Part shown: positions 1 to 13,437 of the stretch, piece by piece
Position numbering within the stretch: the first letter of the stretch is position 1
Layout of the letters: each line of letters opens with the position of its first letter
Assembly (NCBI GenBank): GCA_036172245.1
Contig: JAYWIR010000019.1
Location: 1,488,001-1,552,000, forward strand
Source of the DNA: Raillietiella orientalis
Lineage: Eukaryota
Direction of reading: 5' to 3'
DNA: 64,000 nucleotides
The notes under the pieces: generated by a model
The model's database searches: none
The model's input: only the letters and a program-made list of their open reading frames with translations
What the model was told of the DNA's origin: nothing
Translations under genes and position numbers: made by a program

Positions 1-199
1 TCCAGCAAGGGCCGGGTTGAAAGCTGAGCTCTCGGTTTCATGGCGACGGGAGGACGATCTACCAAGCGAAGGGGCAGTTCAAGAGAACTCGGCTACACCC
101 CTCCACTGTTATATCACCATGACAGGATTCCGCCGCCCCTCTACCACGATTCTATTGCCATCTTCTACCGCCATTCCACTACGATTCCCGCCCGCTCTG

Positions 200-780
200 G
201 CGGCCAAGTGAATGGTGACCTCCTCACGTTGTAAGAAGCGTTGTGGGTTCGAATCCTGCTAGGGGAAGGACCGATGCTAAGAATAGGTGGGCACGCCGTG
301 GGTTTCGGGTTTCCCTCCCCGCAGGATGAGGCTAATAGGCCTATTCGGGAGCGGCCTTTGAGGAAGCAGGATGCTTCCGTTGAGTGGCCTTCCGGGAATC
401 GAGTATCCCAATCGAGTATCTCCTCCAGTTGTGAAGATGGAAGCGTTCCGTGAAGCTGATCGATACCTTCCTCGGGGGAAGTTCCATTCCAGAGTGTCAG
501 GAAGCGCGCTGATCCCATCAGGGAGCTCCCTTCAGAGAAATCGGGAAGTGTTACTTCCCGGTTCTCTTTAGAAGAGTAAGAGGGAGCGGTTCCTTTGTGG
601 GTTCCCTTCGAATAAGAAACAAGTGTGCCCTCCCCTCCGGGGGGTCCCTCCAGGGAAAATAAAAAAGAGGTTACCTTCGGGGTTTCTCTACCAAGCTTGA
701 GAGGAACCGACTCCTTTCTCAGGAGTCTTCCTGCATCCATGGGGTAGTCCCTACAAGCTACAAGGTGGCTCCCTAAATTG
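200..780 (+). mobile_element. tRNA-headed SINE-like repeat (family A), copy 1
   Basis: B-box GGTTCGAATCC at 246-256, then the same body as the copies at 6.5, 39.2, 41.6 and 48.6 kb (ccccgcaggatga, cctccagttgtg, ccaagcttgagaggaac). Confidence 0.6.
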
Positions 781-1649
781 AAGAGCACTGCTACTATTCT
801 ATTACAATCTTCCTGCCGTTCTATCACCATCTTGCTTATGTTCAAGTGCCATTCCGTTACGATCCTGCTGGTGTTTTCTTTTAATTTGAATGCGTATCGA
901 CTGGGCGGATGTACTGCGTGTGCTGCTGACTTGGTGTTTGCTGGTGTGGAAGACCTGCTGCGAGTGCAGGAGACCTCAGAACCGGCCATGAGGAGGGGCG
1001 CGAAGGGGGACGTCAGCAGTCTCGACGCGATTCCTAAGCGTGGGACAGGAGCGCACGCTCGCTTGTGTGCGCGCGTCGGAGGAGCCAAGTGGCAGGGCGG
1101 CGAGGGAGGCGCAGATGTGGGGCGCGCGGCGACTGTAAGGAGGGAAGGCGCTCCAGGGGGTGTTCCCTCACGGAAGAAGGGAATCCTGCTGGAGGAGACG
1201 GGAGGGGTGGGCGTAGAACGCCCCACCCTCTCTCCGTTCGAGGAGGGGGACGATGACGACGAGACCGGAGGTCATGCTTCCGGGAAGCGCCGCTCAAGGC
1301 CGCGAAGGGGGTCACGCCCGCCCCCTCGCTGCAAGAAAACCGGACTGCGCCTCGCGGGGCGGCGCACGCACCCGGACGACCTCTGCTGCGGGAGGTTACC
1401 CGGCTGCCCAAAGGGCCGGGGAGCAGCGCCCGCTTCCCGCGTACCTTCAGGCGAAGCGGAGGTGGTCTCGATGCCCTTCCGCCTTAGATCTCGGGGGAGC
1501 CCTCGCATCGAACCCCGGGCGACCAGCACGGCGAGCACTCAAACGCTCTCAGCCGTGGCAGTGCGGTTGGCATTCCGTTGTTGGTGACCGCGGGTCACGC
1601 TCCGAGCTGACCGCGGCAAACGAGAGCGAGAGCTGGCACGAAGCTCCCA

Positions 1650-2270
1650 GTGGAGCCTGGAGGGCAGCTCCCAAAGAAACGCAGAGCTCACAAATGCGTG
1701 CGGCCTTCCTGAGAGGACCAATGGGAGAGGAGGAACAAACGCGAAGGGCCCATCACCGACATGGGGCCCCAAAGGCAGGAGGAGATGCGGGGAGGGTCTG
1801 GTTTCCCGGCTCGCACCGGCGCTGCACCACCCTATTCGAGCATTCCTCCCTTCCAGGCCGGGGTCGCAGCATCCTGGACGTCGGTCATCTCGCCCGGAGG
1901 TACGGTCGACCGGGCTGGACTTCCGGGACCTTTCGCTGGTTGGGATCCCCCAGGCAACCGCACGGAGGATGAGAACCTGTAGTCTCGGGACGGACTCACC
2001 TTCGATGCTGCGGGCAGTCATGACACAGCGGCTCCGCTGCTACTCCCTCTGTGAGAGAGAAGGCAACGAGGGTGAGGGCAGCAGGGCGCTGTCGCTGGGG
2101 TCCCCCCTGCCACAATTGGGAGAGAGAGTGGAGACGTTCCAAGGGGTGCGCAGAGGTTGTTTCGTTCCCATCGAGTCCCCCGAGCCCTCTTCCTGAGGAG
2201 CGCTCGAACCGCTGGTAGGAGAAGGGGAGGCCCGCGCCACGGCACCTCCCCTCAGGCTGCCCCTTCGTTC
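1650..2270 (+). mobile_element. Highly decayed L1/Tx1-type reverse transcriptase fragment
   Basis: Ordered motif remnants across frames: (R)PIT, GRSILD, TFD..SH, TRVR..G.LS, GVRRGC. Confidence 0.5.
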
Positions 2271-3099
2271 CAGGCCCTTCCTGGGGGAGAAGGGAGCGCC
2301 CTCGAATGCTCGCCTTCCCTCTCCCTCTATCCGGCGATTCCGATGGAGCGGGGGGTCCCATCCCCATGGCTGCGACCTTTCGGAACCCGTTGGGTTCTTC
2401 GATGGGGAGGTAGAGGGAAAGTGAGAGGGGCGAGGGAGCTCTCAGCACTCCTGGCCCGCGAGGGACCGGAGTGCCCTGGGAGAGCGCCCTCTGCCGGCGG
2501 GGACGAGGGCTCTCTCTCGTTGCGCCATGCCCCTCTTCCGGTGCGGAGCGCGTGTCCGGGAAGGACGTCCCCTAAGAAGCAGCGGGCGCAGGTGAGGACA
2601 ATGAACCCAGGAAAGGGGAAACGCGCGCAACTCTTCCAGACTGTCCCCTATGCCCCTAGGGCGCAGGGGAATCCGCGACGTGTCCACGGAGGCGCCAGTT
2701 CCGCAGGACGGACAGCCGAGATCGCGGAGGAGCCCCTAGGACGGCATCGAACGCCCAGGGATGGGTGGCGCTCCTGTCGCAGACACCGCGCTGGAACCCC
2801 ATTTCCACAGTGATGCCGTTCCGCTCCGAACCTGGCGCAGTTTTCCCGGCACGGCACTGAGAGCGGTCTCGGAGTCCAGGGCTGCGGTCCTCCTTCAGGT
2901 GAAATGGAAAGGCATCTCACGGGGAAGGAGACCCTCCCCCCTCGTCTTCCCCCTAAGGCTTCGCTGTCCCGGCCCCCTTAGAGGTATCCTTTGTCCCGTC
3001 ACCCCTGCGCGGGTTCACGGAGAACCGCCGCCCGCCCTGGCGCTGAGGCGTGAAGGTGGAGACAAGATAGCTGCCGCTTTCCGCTTCCTGCCGCCGTGA

Positions 3100-6000
3100 T
3101 CAGCCACCTTGGATAAGGGTTCGGAGACTGCCGGAAGAGGGGCGACAGGTATCGAGTCAGACGAGGCATCCCGGACCGCCCAGAGGTGGCATCAAGCGAT
3201 GTGCCCGGCCGAGAGTGCAGCAGTGCTGCGCCGGACACGACGGGAGGGACGGGACGTCCGCCGCTGCGCCCCAGAGGCGCCGGGCAGACCGTCTGACCCT
3301 CCGTAGGGCGCGGCGTCTCCTCCCTGAAGTAGGATGGGCGCCCGGGCGATGCCTGAGCCCTCGCGTTGAGCACTCGACTCGAGCCGGGAGTCGCCAGCCT
3401 TGACCTCCCAGCCCTTCCCTCCTCGGCCGGCAGAGGGTCCGCTGGTGATCCCGCACCCGCCTTCCGTCCACGTGGTGCCGTCGACTGACCCGCCACTCCT
3501 GCCCTCAGTCGACGGAGGTTCTGCGAGTTGCCCGTCAACCCCTCTGCGGGGGAGGGGCCTTCGCTCCTAGTGGCCGTGGTGCGCCGTGGGTGCCTGATGC
3601 CCCCAAGTAGCAGACACCTTCTAAAACGCCGGTACGCAAATCGACTTGATTCTCCTCGACAGCGGAGGGGAATGGGAGCCGGGCACAGGGGCGAGGAAGC
3701 GGGAAGGCGGTCCCGAGCACGTGGTCGCCGCCATAGACCTTCCCGTCCCTCCTCAGGTTCACGCAGTTGACCTAGATGTGATGCCCGGGTGGGATGTGCT
3801 CCGTCACACCCGCTCCTCCTGTAACCCGCTCGGGGCGCGCGGGTTCTGCACACGACGCCGCCCAGCCGCACGGCGGAGCAGGGAGAGCCCGGAGCGCCCA
3901 CCTGGGACCGTTCGAGAGTTGGGGAAGTCGAAGGCTGCTCCGCGCACGTGGAAGCCACGAGCCAACCGGACCAGCCCGATCGGGAAGCCGAGATCGTCTG
4001 ACGGGAGAGACCAGAAGGATTTACCATACCAGCGGGCGGTCCCCGTCTCCCATCCAAGCAGTCGAGGCGTCCGAGGAGGACACGCCACGCCCCGATGCGG
4101 CTTGAGGGAGGGCGCGTGCCGCAAGCCCCCTTAGGGTGTGAGAGAGAAGGGAAACGTTGCAGGGACGTCGCCTTTTTGAACGCACTTCCGCCAATGCAGC
4201 TGGCAGTGGGGAGGCGTGGGCAGATGCAGGGGGGCGGTCAGAAAGGTCCAAAGAAGGACTCGGCACGCACCGTGCACGCCGGCGTAGCAGAAGGGCAAGC
4301 GAAAGGGGATGAAGGTGACGCGCACCCGTTGGTCATGTGAAGCGGCGAGGTCAACAGGGCTCGCAGGGACGAAAACAAAGCGGCGCTGAGACCCGGATCT
4401 TCCCCCGTAGCGCCCTGGCCGAGTGCCACCGCAGATGCCGGTGCGAAGAACCTGCGGAGCGTTTGGCGGCCGGGTGGCGCCGCCGTCCCGACTCCTGGAA
4501 ACCCGCACGTCCGGAGCGGAAGACCATTGGCGGAAGTAAAGGCGGCGGCGGCAGCGGCAAGCGTCGCATCCATGGCAACGGAAACCTGAGCGGGCTACTC
4601 CAGGGCGAAACGATCGCCGGGAAGAGCGTCGCTCGGACGCGAGCGCTGGCCCGCTTCCTCTCTGTTTCCCCGGAAACTCTCCCCCGTGACCAGGGGTCCT
4701 GAGTCGGGAGCTAACTCCAGGCCACGCCGAGCTCGCGAACTCTGCAGCCGCCGTTCTGGAAGATCTTCGAAAGTTTCCTTTCGTCCGACACCGAGTTTTC
4801 GGGCCTCCCTGCTATCAACGTCCACAGTGCTCATGGCTTTGCTCAGCTACGTGTACACGGAAGGAGGGGGTGGGGGGAGAGAAGGACTTGCGACGAGAGA
4901 AAAAAAAAAAAAAAAATGGGAAAGATGCTGCTGCGCCGCATCGTGCCTCGCTGACATCACGTCCCAGGGCACGCAGCAGCGAGAGTCTTTTCCCTTCGTG
5001 TGAAAAAGAAGACGAAGGCAGTATGAATACCTGCGTTTTTTTTTTTTTTTCCCCAAATTTTTGTGCGTCCGCTCTCCTCGCACGCTTTCTGTGCTTCGAG
5101 CCGTTTCCTCGCAAATTTCTCGCAGTCACGTGACGGATCGGACCGTCACGTGATTCCGCCCCGTGAGCATTCCGCCGCCGCGAAAAGCGCGCGTGCACGC
5201 CGCCCCGCTCCAGCGCACCGGGCGCTCGGCGGCACGATGCTCCGACCGACGCCCGCGTTCCCGCGGGAGCTCCCCGCCCTGGGAACCTCCCCGCCGTCAC
5301 CACCACCAGTCACGGGATTCCCGCCCGACAGCGTCCTCCTCCGTCGGACTCTTCCCTCCGTCCGGGGAAACGGCGAGGAGTCGCTCTTTTTTTCGCATCG
5401 TTGCCACACCATGCCCGTAACCGTGGCGACGCCGAGGGAGACGCACATCCATGCGGCCTGAGACGCCTGCACCGTCGCGGGCGCCGCGGAGGTAAGCCCC
5501 GTGCAACTGGAAGTGAGGAGGTGGCGCCAGTTACCTGGATAGTCGTCCGTGTGGTTCAGCCACGTGGCCGCAGTGTGGTGCTGCTGCCGCCGGCGGTGCT
5601 TTCAGGACTCCTTGCAACGTGCTCCCCCGACTACCGTCCCAATCCGCCTCGAGCATTTTTCGTGCCTTCGAGCATCCCTTCTCTCCCCCCCGCAGCCACG
5701 TGATGCTCGACACGCGCGCGTGATCGAAGGCGGCGACGCCCCGCGGTACGCGGAGGAATCACGCGAAAGGGGGTGCAGGTACACTTTCGGAACAGGGAAG
5801 CGAAAACGAGGAGCCATTCGAAACGAGCGGGACTCCCGATAGATGGAGGCGAGGAGGAGGAAGAGGGGGGGAGAAAAAAGGCGAGCCGCATCGTCTTGGA
5901 AGGCGCCTCCGCTCGCTTCTTCTCGACCTCGGTCGCCGAAGCGATGGGTCTGCATGCAAATTGCGGTTTGCCACGATAAGGAGAGAGGAAGCGGAGCACG

Positions 6001-6460
6001 TGCGACCGAAGGGAAGAAGCACCTCCCTCCTCCCCTTTCACCCCGCCGCCCATGGGGTAGATGCGCCTGTGCCGCTGCTCTCCGGAGAATCCGTTGGAAC
6101 GTCGGCAGAGTCGCACCTCGGAACGCTGCCGGTGGCGTCCGCAAGACAGGACCGCGCTGGCTGAGATCTCAAAAGGCTTACCGTGCATCCGGCGAACCTC
6201 GCACGTCCTGGGATTCGGAGGGAGAGGGAAAGCCGGCATGGGGGTCGGTTCGCAAGATTCCCGGATGCCCACTCGGGAGTGACGGAGGGTGGACCGACCT
6301 GCCTAGGGATCGTTCCTCATCCACCCACGCTTGCCTGAGGTCCGTCGCTTTCGAGAGCTTCGGATCCGTGGAGCTGTCGGTCGCCCCGAAGTGCCCTTTC
6401 GCCTGACTGAACCCCCACCAAACTGACAAAGCGACTTCCTGGGGGGTCCAGGAAAGCATC
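3100..6460 (-). mobile_element. Highly decayed L1/Tx1-type ORF2 (APE to RT to thumb), interrupted by unrelated sequence at ~4860-5850
   Basis: Ordered remnants on the minus strand: DLRQAW (APE), QSSRAR (linker), WRKCVQKGDVPATF, LGFPIGLVRL, CYLG, TLCRPRREGLGG. Confidence 0.5.
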
Positions 6461-6479
6461 AACGTCCCCGGTTTCTCCG

Positions 6480-7140
6480 TCTCCGACGCCTCCGCGCGCG
6501 GTACGAAGCGGTGAGGGTTCGTATCCCACCAGGTGAAACATGGACGTCGAACAGTGGGTGCGTCATGGGTGTCGAGTTCCCCCCGCAGGATGACTCTGAC
6601 TGGCCCACGGGTTTCTGTGGGAGCCGGAAATCCCCGGTTGCCCCCGTTGACTGGCCGGGATTGGAAGGCGACCCTCCGGGGTCCTTCCAGGGACCAAGGA
6701 ACCCTTTGTGATTCCTCTCCAGTTGTGCAAATGAGGCAGTGCCATCACGTGCCATTGTGCTGGGGTTGATACCCCCCTTCAGGGGCCCAGAAGCCCACTA
6801 ATTTAGGGGATCCTTTCCCGGGTGTTTCCTCCAGAAAGAATAGGGAAGAAGAGGTTCCCTTCAGGGTTCCCTCCGGAAACAGCCAGGGCGAGCGTTCCCT
6901 TCCGAGCGCGAGAGGAGCAGACTCCTTCCTCCCGAGCCTTCCTGGATTCACAGGGTTGTTCCTCCAGGGTTGCTCCCCATAACTTGAAGACCTACGCCCA
7001 TCCTCAGGTAGCGTGGACAGCGTCAAAGAGCTTAGTGAGCTCCCTCGAAGGAGGCGAACGGTCCTTCGGGACTTGGTGACCCCAAAAGGGGGGGGGGGGA
7101 GGGAAGAAGATGGAAGGACAGCAGCGAAAGCAGAGAAGCG
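6480..7140 (+). mobile_element. SINE-like family A, copy 2
   Basis: Head tccgcgcgcggtacgaagcggtgagggttcgtatccc (B-box-like 6516-6526), shared body, purine-rich tail near 7085-7140. Confidence 0.65.
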
Positions 7141-7149
7141 ACCGGACGC

Positions 7150-7350
7150 CAGGACGACTCTTTGCTCAAGATGAACGCTGCAGGGCGTGTGAAGGCGAGG
7201 AAACCCAATTCCACTACGCGCTCATCTGCCCAACGCTGCTCCGAAACTGGGAAACGCTGGAGGCGGTGACGAGCTCCCAGAGCATCTCAGGGATCGAGGT
7301 CCCGGAAGGATTGCTTCCGAGGAATGGCGACGTTCCCAGGAAACGGAAAC
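7150..7350 (+). mobile_element. Non-LTR ORF2 zinc-finger fragment (not family B)
   Basis: RCRACEGEETQFHYALICPTLLRNW fits the CX2C-X-ET-H-C-W pattern. Confidence 0.55.
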
Positions 7351-7354
7351 CAGA

Positions 7355-7460
7355 TGCCGGTTGACCGGCCGGGATCGGGAGTCGACCCTCCGGGATCCCT
7401 CCAGGAACTGAGAGGCCCTTAAGGACCTCCCTCCGGTTGCGGAGAAGGGACCGATCCTGA
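7355..7460 (+). mobile_element. SINE-like family A, internal fragment
   Basis: ttgaccggccgggatcgggagtcgaccctccgggatccctccagg matches 6647-6695 and 39336-39380. Confidence 0.5.
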
Positions 7461-8034
7461 AAACGGTGGAGAGATGAGAGAAGACGTGCGAGCGATGGAG
7501 ATGGGCGAAAGGGCGCACGTATTCCTCCCTGGCTTGTTGCTCCCTTTCGGCTTCAGGTACCACGAAGCTGTGGGCGTCCCGTCACCCGTTTTGCTGGCTC
7601 AAACGGGTGGGAGGCATCCGGGCGACCTGTTCCGCAACCGAGGACGGCGGCGGTGGCAACCGGAAGAGGCGCCGCCGAAGAGTACCTTGAAAACCGTCGT
7701 GGCGACCTCTCCAGCCGTTTCGGTTGCCTCCGAAGACCACCTGAGGTTCCCGAAACGCGATCTTTCGCCCGAAGCGGGCGGCAGGGCGAGGCTTCCCCGC
7801 TGGCGCTTTCCGACAGGCGAGGCTTCCCGTTCTCTATCGGAGGAGCCCGAAGGTAACCCGAAAAGAACGGCGCCAGCGACCAGCAGATCTTCGTAGTAAG
7901 CGCAGCGGACCCTTTTCCTCGGGAGCTGTCGACACGTGATTCTGGAAGCGTAGAAACGACGGATGAGAAAAACAGGTGCGCAAGAACCACGTAGATTCCC
8001 TCGTCATCATTCCCTTCCCAGAGTAAGCCGTCAT

Positions 8035-8930
8035 GGCCGTTTCCTAAAAATTCAACATGGTGGCTGTCATTCCTAGAAAGAAAGAAAAAAACTTTTTCTT
8101 CTTAGGGGGATTACATTTCCCTTGCTGGCAACTCCATTCAGATGGGTAAGAAGTGGGCGCTGAGGAGCTGCCCTCCAGCGCGCGCCCGGAACCATTCGGC
8201 ACGGCGCTTCCGCGTGCCGTGTCGAGGAGCTTCGAGAAAAGCGCACCAACGGGTGCAAGTGGGACCTTTGGCAAACGGGAGGAGAATGGAGGTCATCTTC
8301 GGAAAGGCATCTCACGTAGCATCCGAGAGCGGATGGAACCGACGCGGCCATCTTGGAAACGGAAAACCGGGCTCTCGAGATTCGAGCAGCGGCAAACCGG
8401 TCGAGAGAGGGTTTTTTTTTTTTTCCGAGCTGCTCGTCCGCGAAAGACCCGAGCAGTGCGGGTGTCTGCGTGCAACCGAATTCCGCGATTCGGTGGAAAA
8501 ATGCAAAGGCGGGAGCGACACCGGGAATAATCGAAAGCAGCAACTGGAAGTAACCCACTGGAAGGCGATCACGTGGCCTTCGAGGTTCTGAGGTTGAGCT
8601 TGAGCCGGCTCAACGCGATTTCGAAGGACAGCCATAGAAGAAGCGTTTCGGTCGCTTCCTAAAAGTTTAGCATGGTGGCTGCCACTTCGGAAAAGAAAAA
8701 AACACAAAAAATTCTTCTCCTCCTTCGTAGGTGGATTGCATTTCCCTTGACGACACCTCCATTCAGATGGATAAATGGACGCTCAGGAGAATGTATCTCT
8801 CCGGAGTTAGTTACTTCCTCCAAACAATGAACTTGAGCTTAATAAACATTAAGTTTATTGACCTCTTGAAAAGCAAAGATTTGACACTTCGACAAGGTGC
8901 AACTTGCGGATACCTTGAAAAAACGCCAAC
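8035..8930 (+). repeat. Degenerate direct repeat, two units about 615-640 bp apart
   Basis: ttcctaaaa.tt.a.catggtggctg...catttccctt...ctccattcagatgg at ~8041-8145 and ~8656-8770; a further match at 8251 vs 8894. Confidence 0.7.
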
Positions 8931-9099
8931 AGCATAAATTTCACCCATTGGTGCAGCATAAAATTATATATAAAATTGAGTGCAAAAATTCTCGATTGCA
9001 AGAAAGATTTTTGCTTATTTCTGATTATAATGCTGCCACGTACATCCCCCCCCCCCCAACTTCCTCCAGCCCTCCCCTCCTCCGGAACCAGCCTGGATA

Positions 9100-9440
9100 T
9101 CGACTGAAAGATGGATGTGAGGCGTTCCATGAGCCACTGGTGGTGGTACCTTGAGCGTCCGGGAAACGGGCATGTCCATTCCAAGCACGCTTAGTTGAAG
9201 CCGGGTTTCCCCAGCTCCCTTGGCCAAGATTCGACAAGTGCACTGTTCTCGAAAACGTGAGCTTCTCCTTCTGGATTTGCTGGAACTGCACTCTTGATTC
9301 CTGAATCACAACAACAAATTCCGGTCAAAGAGTTTGCTGTTTCGAAAATTAGAAGCCCCTTCCCTGCAGCAGGACCCAGCTTTCTCCGAGGGAAGAGGGA
9401 AACCGAAAACGATTGGTAACATTGACACGGAACAACGAGG
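9100..9440 (-). mobile_element. Possible decayed APE endonuclease N-terminal fragment
   Basis: RVNV followed by PEFVVVIQES resembles the NV.G and DIV.IQET motifs; weak. Confidence 0.3.
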
Positions 9441-9693
9441 GATCAAGCATTGACCACCACGAGACGTGAAAACAATAAAAAATAAGAAGAAGTCCTTCCG
9501 GCGGATTTGATTTGCCAAATTAGCAGTCGGAGACCCCCCGAAGTGTGCACCAGAGCAATCCAAACGAAATTTATTGCTGCCGGCAACCCTTGCCCTCCCT
9601 GAGTACAAATTCCATCCACCAGCATGGGAAGTTTTCGAGTCCAGCCCTAGCGCGTGGTCGCCGGAACAAAAAACCGTAGGTCCGGATCCATTT

Positions 9694-9697
<4 letters not shown>

Positions 9698-9724
<27 letters not shown>
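9698..9724. repeat. (GT)n microsatellite
   Basis: Directly visible. Confidence 0.95.
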
Positions 9725-12700
9725 TGGGGGGGGAGGGGGAGGCAAAGATCTGGATAAATACCACATTACGCTATGGAAACCCGACGTGCATTTTCTTTCT
9801 TTTTTTTTTTTTTTTGTTCCCCTCCTTTCCACCGTACTTATATTGATTTAAGCAGCGGGATCGCTGTTTCCGGCCCTTATTCAGATGAATTCATTCTCCA
9901 TTTGCAACGTCATGTGAATGGAGAGCGCACGCGCATCCTACCTTATACCTGGTCTTTCAGGTAGATATGATTGCTGTATTATCTATCAGTTTTCCAAGGC
10001 GACAGCAAATGCGTGAAAGAGCTTTCTTTATGTATCTCAGATTTGAAACATCTGCATGTAAAGTTACATTATTATTCATCACTAAGGATAATTTATGAAT
10101 GGGCAATGCACGGCTTCATTGTCAAAAATTTGTTCAGGTGAGATATCCATTTTCTTGAGGGAGTGCAAATATATATGTGTATTTGTTGAACACCGTTTAT
10201 TTTTTGGTTTTTGTTTTTCCTTTAAGAGAGGGAGAGAGAAAGAGGGAGAGAGAGAGAGAAACTGATGTATCGGAGTGATGTGCCTGTTTCCTGGTGCAAA
10301 TGATGCAAATCTGTGTTATCACGGGGGGACGTTGATTTGAGTGATTCGAAGGTGTAATGTAGTACAGTGTAAACAGTGCGTACGGTCGTTGCAATACAAA
10401 CTCCCATTGGAGAAAATGGCCACATCGCAGTGGAAAATCCGAATTTCGAGACGATGGGCATGCCCGCATGGGAGCATTCTTTTTCGGACCTACTCCGCAT
10501 AGATTGGAACACGTTTTATTTGAAAAAAAAAAAATCGATACTTTTTTTTTTTTTTTAAAAAAAAGTTGTTTCAAGATGCCACGCATGTTTTTTTTTTTTT
10601 TTCCTCCTCGCCCCCCCCCCCCTCGCCCCCTTGTTCGGGATGCAGATCGTTTTCGAATTTTCGCAGCATTTTTCAAAGTCCCTTTTTATGCCCGAAATGC
10701 TTCTTTTCTGTTTTCCATGCAGTTTTTCCGATCACGCGAGATCATCAACGGGGCCGCCATTTTGGGTTCGAATCCGCCAGTGGCTTTTGATTGGGTTTCA
10801 CTTTCGTGGACTCCGGGGGTTGACGACGGTTTCTCGCCACCACCGCCAGACGTGGTCGCCCGGCGTGATCGAACGTCGCACCTCGCGGTCGGCGCGCGGC
10901 CCGCCGTGCACACATTCTCTCTGTGCACACCGAGTCGGCTGTACGGGGGTGGTATCCCCGGGGTCCTCTTGCCATCCCCTCGGCGACCGCTTGAACGGAG
11001 GGTTCGGCGCGCCCCGGGGAACGCTCGAAAAAGCTCCAGGGGAAACGCCGTACCTGCGTGTGTACATCCCGTACGCGCGCGCTCCTCCTCTGCCGAATGT
11101 ATTGACGAACCTGGCGTGGCATCGGCAGTCCGCGTGGACTGCAGCAGCGTTCCGAATGTAAGTCATCGGGCAGATGTGCCGAAGCCGAGGAGGCACTTCG
11201 CCATGATACCCGCATGACGTTTCTGTTTTTGTTTGTTTTTATTTTCTTTCCATCGGAAATCGATATCCACGGGACGAGATGGGGCGAAATTTGTTTACCC
11301 GGGTTCCCGAGTTTGCCAATCCGTTTTTGCCGAAAGGTGAATTCTTCCTTCCTTTCCCTTTTTTTTTTGTTTGATTCGTAGATGGCTAATAGCGTTGACG
11401 AGGCGGAGACGCAGCAATGGAAAAAAGCTCGGGATGTAGAAGAAAAAAAAAAACTCCTCTTGAAGTGGTTTAGATAATAAAATGGGTTCCCAGCATGCAA
11501 GCGCAGCTCGCTTCTCCTTATGTAAATAGTGTTCCTCGATAATAAATAAAGGAATTATTAATATTTTAGAATTTCGTAACGTGTTGTCAACAATGCTGAT
11601 GACGCAATGAATCGTTACGTCACCATGTTCGTTGCTGTGAGTAACCCTATGATTTATGCATGCGCATTTGAAAAAAAATACGTCGATATTGCGAATATAT
11701 ATACATACATAATAAAAAACTCGTCAGGTTCTTGAAAAATAATTTGCTCTGGTGTTTTGTATTTGTTACAAAATAGTGACATGTGAATATTATTCTCCCT
11801 CTCCCCCTCTCCCTCTCACCAAAGCAATTCGTGCAAAAGAAGGAATGCTACTTAAACGGCGCTCTTGAAGTTTTCCACCTGTTTTCCATCTACCTACCAC
11901 TCTTCTGCTGCAAGCAAAAGATCATTTCAAAGAAAAAAAAAAAAAAAAAAAAAAACCCTACCTGTGGGAACTTTGCGAAATTTTCTGGCGCTGTTTCGCT
12001 CTCTATCGCCACAAGGAAGGCGCTTTCGTTTCGGACCCAGGCCTTATATTCCCTCTTGGAACCTGAAAGACTCTCTCAAGTACGGCGAGATAGGATAAGA
12101 CACGTACTGCCTTTTTGCTTTGGCACCCTTGAAATTCTCCTTGGACTGAGACTATTTCTTGTTGAGAAAACAAGCGACTTTCCGGCGTGTTCCTTTTTCC
12201 CGAGGTCTCGTCCCCTGGACCCATGAGAGGGACAAGGCGGATACCGGAAGGGGGAGGGGGGGGGGAGCATTTATTCCACGTCGCTGCCACCCCTGCCGCC
12301 AGTGTGGCTCAGGCTGAATCGAGCCTCGCCCTCCGCGATGCAGCGCGCGGTTTTATGCCACGCATGGAAATACCAATTACTAAATCGCCTATCAAAACAG
12401 TTTTTACTATCAGATGTTATCGGCGTAGTAGGAAGGAAGTGATTTCCTTCCCTGTTGTTATGATATCAGCAGGCATTTGTCTTGCAATTCGAAACGCTGA
12501 TTGGAACGATATTTGGCCACAAAAATGGATCTCATTACCGGTAATTAGAACCGCGCGCAGTACTTGGCGATCGATCGGCGCGTCCATGAATAATGCAGAA
12601 TGTTTTGGAGGATGGCTCCAGAGCCGATTGGGAAACTTTCTGAATCAGAGGAATATCATATTTGAGAATCAGCGGCTTACCTTGAAAAAGCGATCGTGGT

Positions 12701-13363
12701 GTTCCGTGCAGCCCTCCCGCCTTCCGTGTTCACTGCACACCGAGACGCGCGCACAGAACATCCAAATCACTTATTCAGCTGTGAGCCGTGCTCTTCATTA
12801 ATAATTGTTCTTCCTTCCCTCAAAGGAACGGCATCGTTTACCGTTATACTCCATCCCTGAGAAAGAGAGCTCATTGACGAAACCAGAATATTCTACTCTG
12901 GCACACGCTGAGGTTCTTTCCTGGCGTGCTGAAAGAGCAGCCCCCCCTCTCTCCCTCCTCCTCCCTTCCTCCCTCCCTCCCTCCCTCCCTGCCTGCCTCC
13001 CTCGCTCCCTTGTTTTCAGCGTCCATCTTGTAACGAGCATTGCACCATCATTCCGAGGAATAAGTTCCTAGAGATTCTCGGCTCTCGAATTAATCATGCT
13101 TTTCTTTCCAAGTTTCCGCAAGAACGGATGGAAGCAGAGTTCCATCTCAAGAAACGATGTGATAAGTATGCATACGTACAAGTGTTTCGAAAGAACTCAG
13201 ACACATGTTTGAACGAACCGATAAAAGAGGAAAAAAAATAAAAGACAAAAAACAGAGTACTTAAGAAACAGCTTCAAGTTGTAAAAGAAAGAAAGAAAGG
13301 AAGAAAAAGAAAAAAAACAAAACAAAACCTTCCTACAGTTATGAAAATAATCATTTCTTGAAA

Positions 13364-13401
13364 ATCCAAAGCTCCTATATATATATATATAGGAGCTTTG
13401 G

Positions 13402-13435
<34 letters not shown>

Positions 13436-13437
13436 CT

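Noticed and set aside
165..4134. Long ORFs in GC-rich DNA (165-1226, 778-1587, 2157-2813, 2999-4057) as genes
   Set aside because: Low-complexity R/G/P/S-rich translations overlapping on both strands; they cross SINE and LINE relic boundaries and have no coherent domain in a single frame.
10750..10785. GGTTCGAATCC at 10765 as a tRNA gene or family A head
   Set aside because: No A-box or cloverleaf, and the downstream sequence does not match the family A body.
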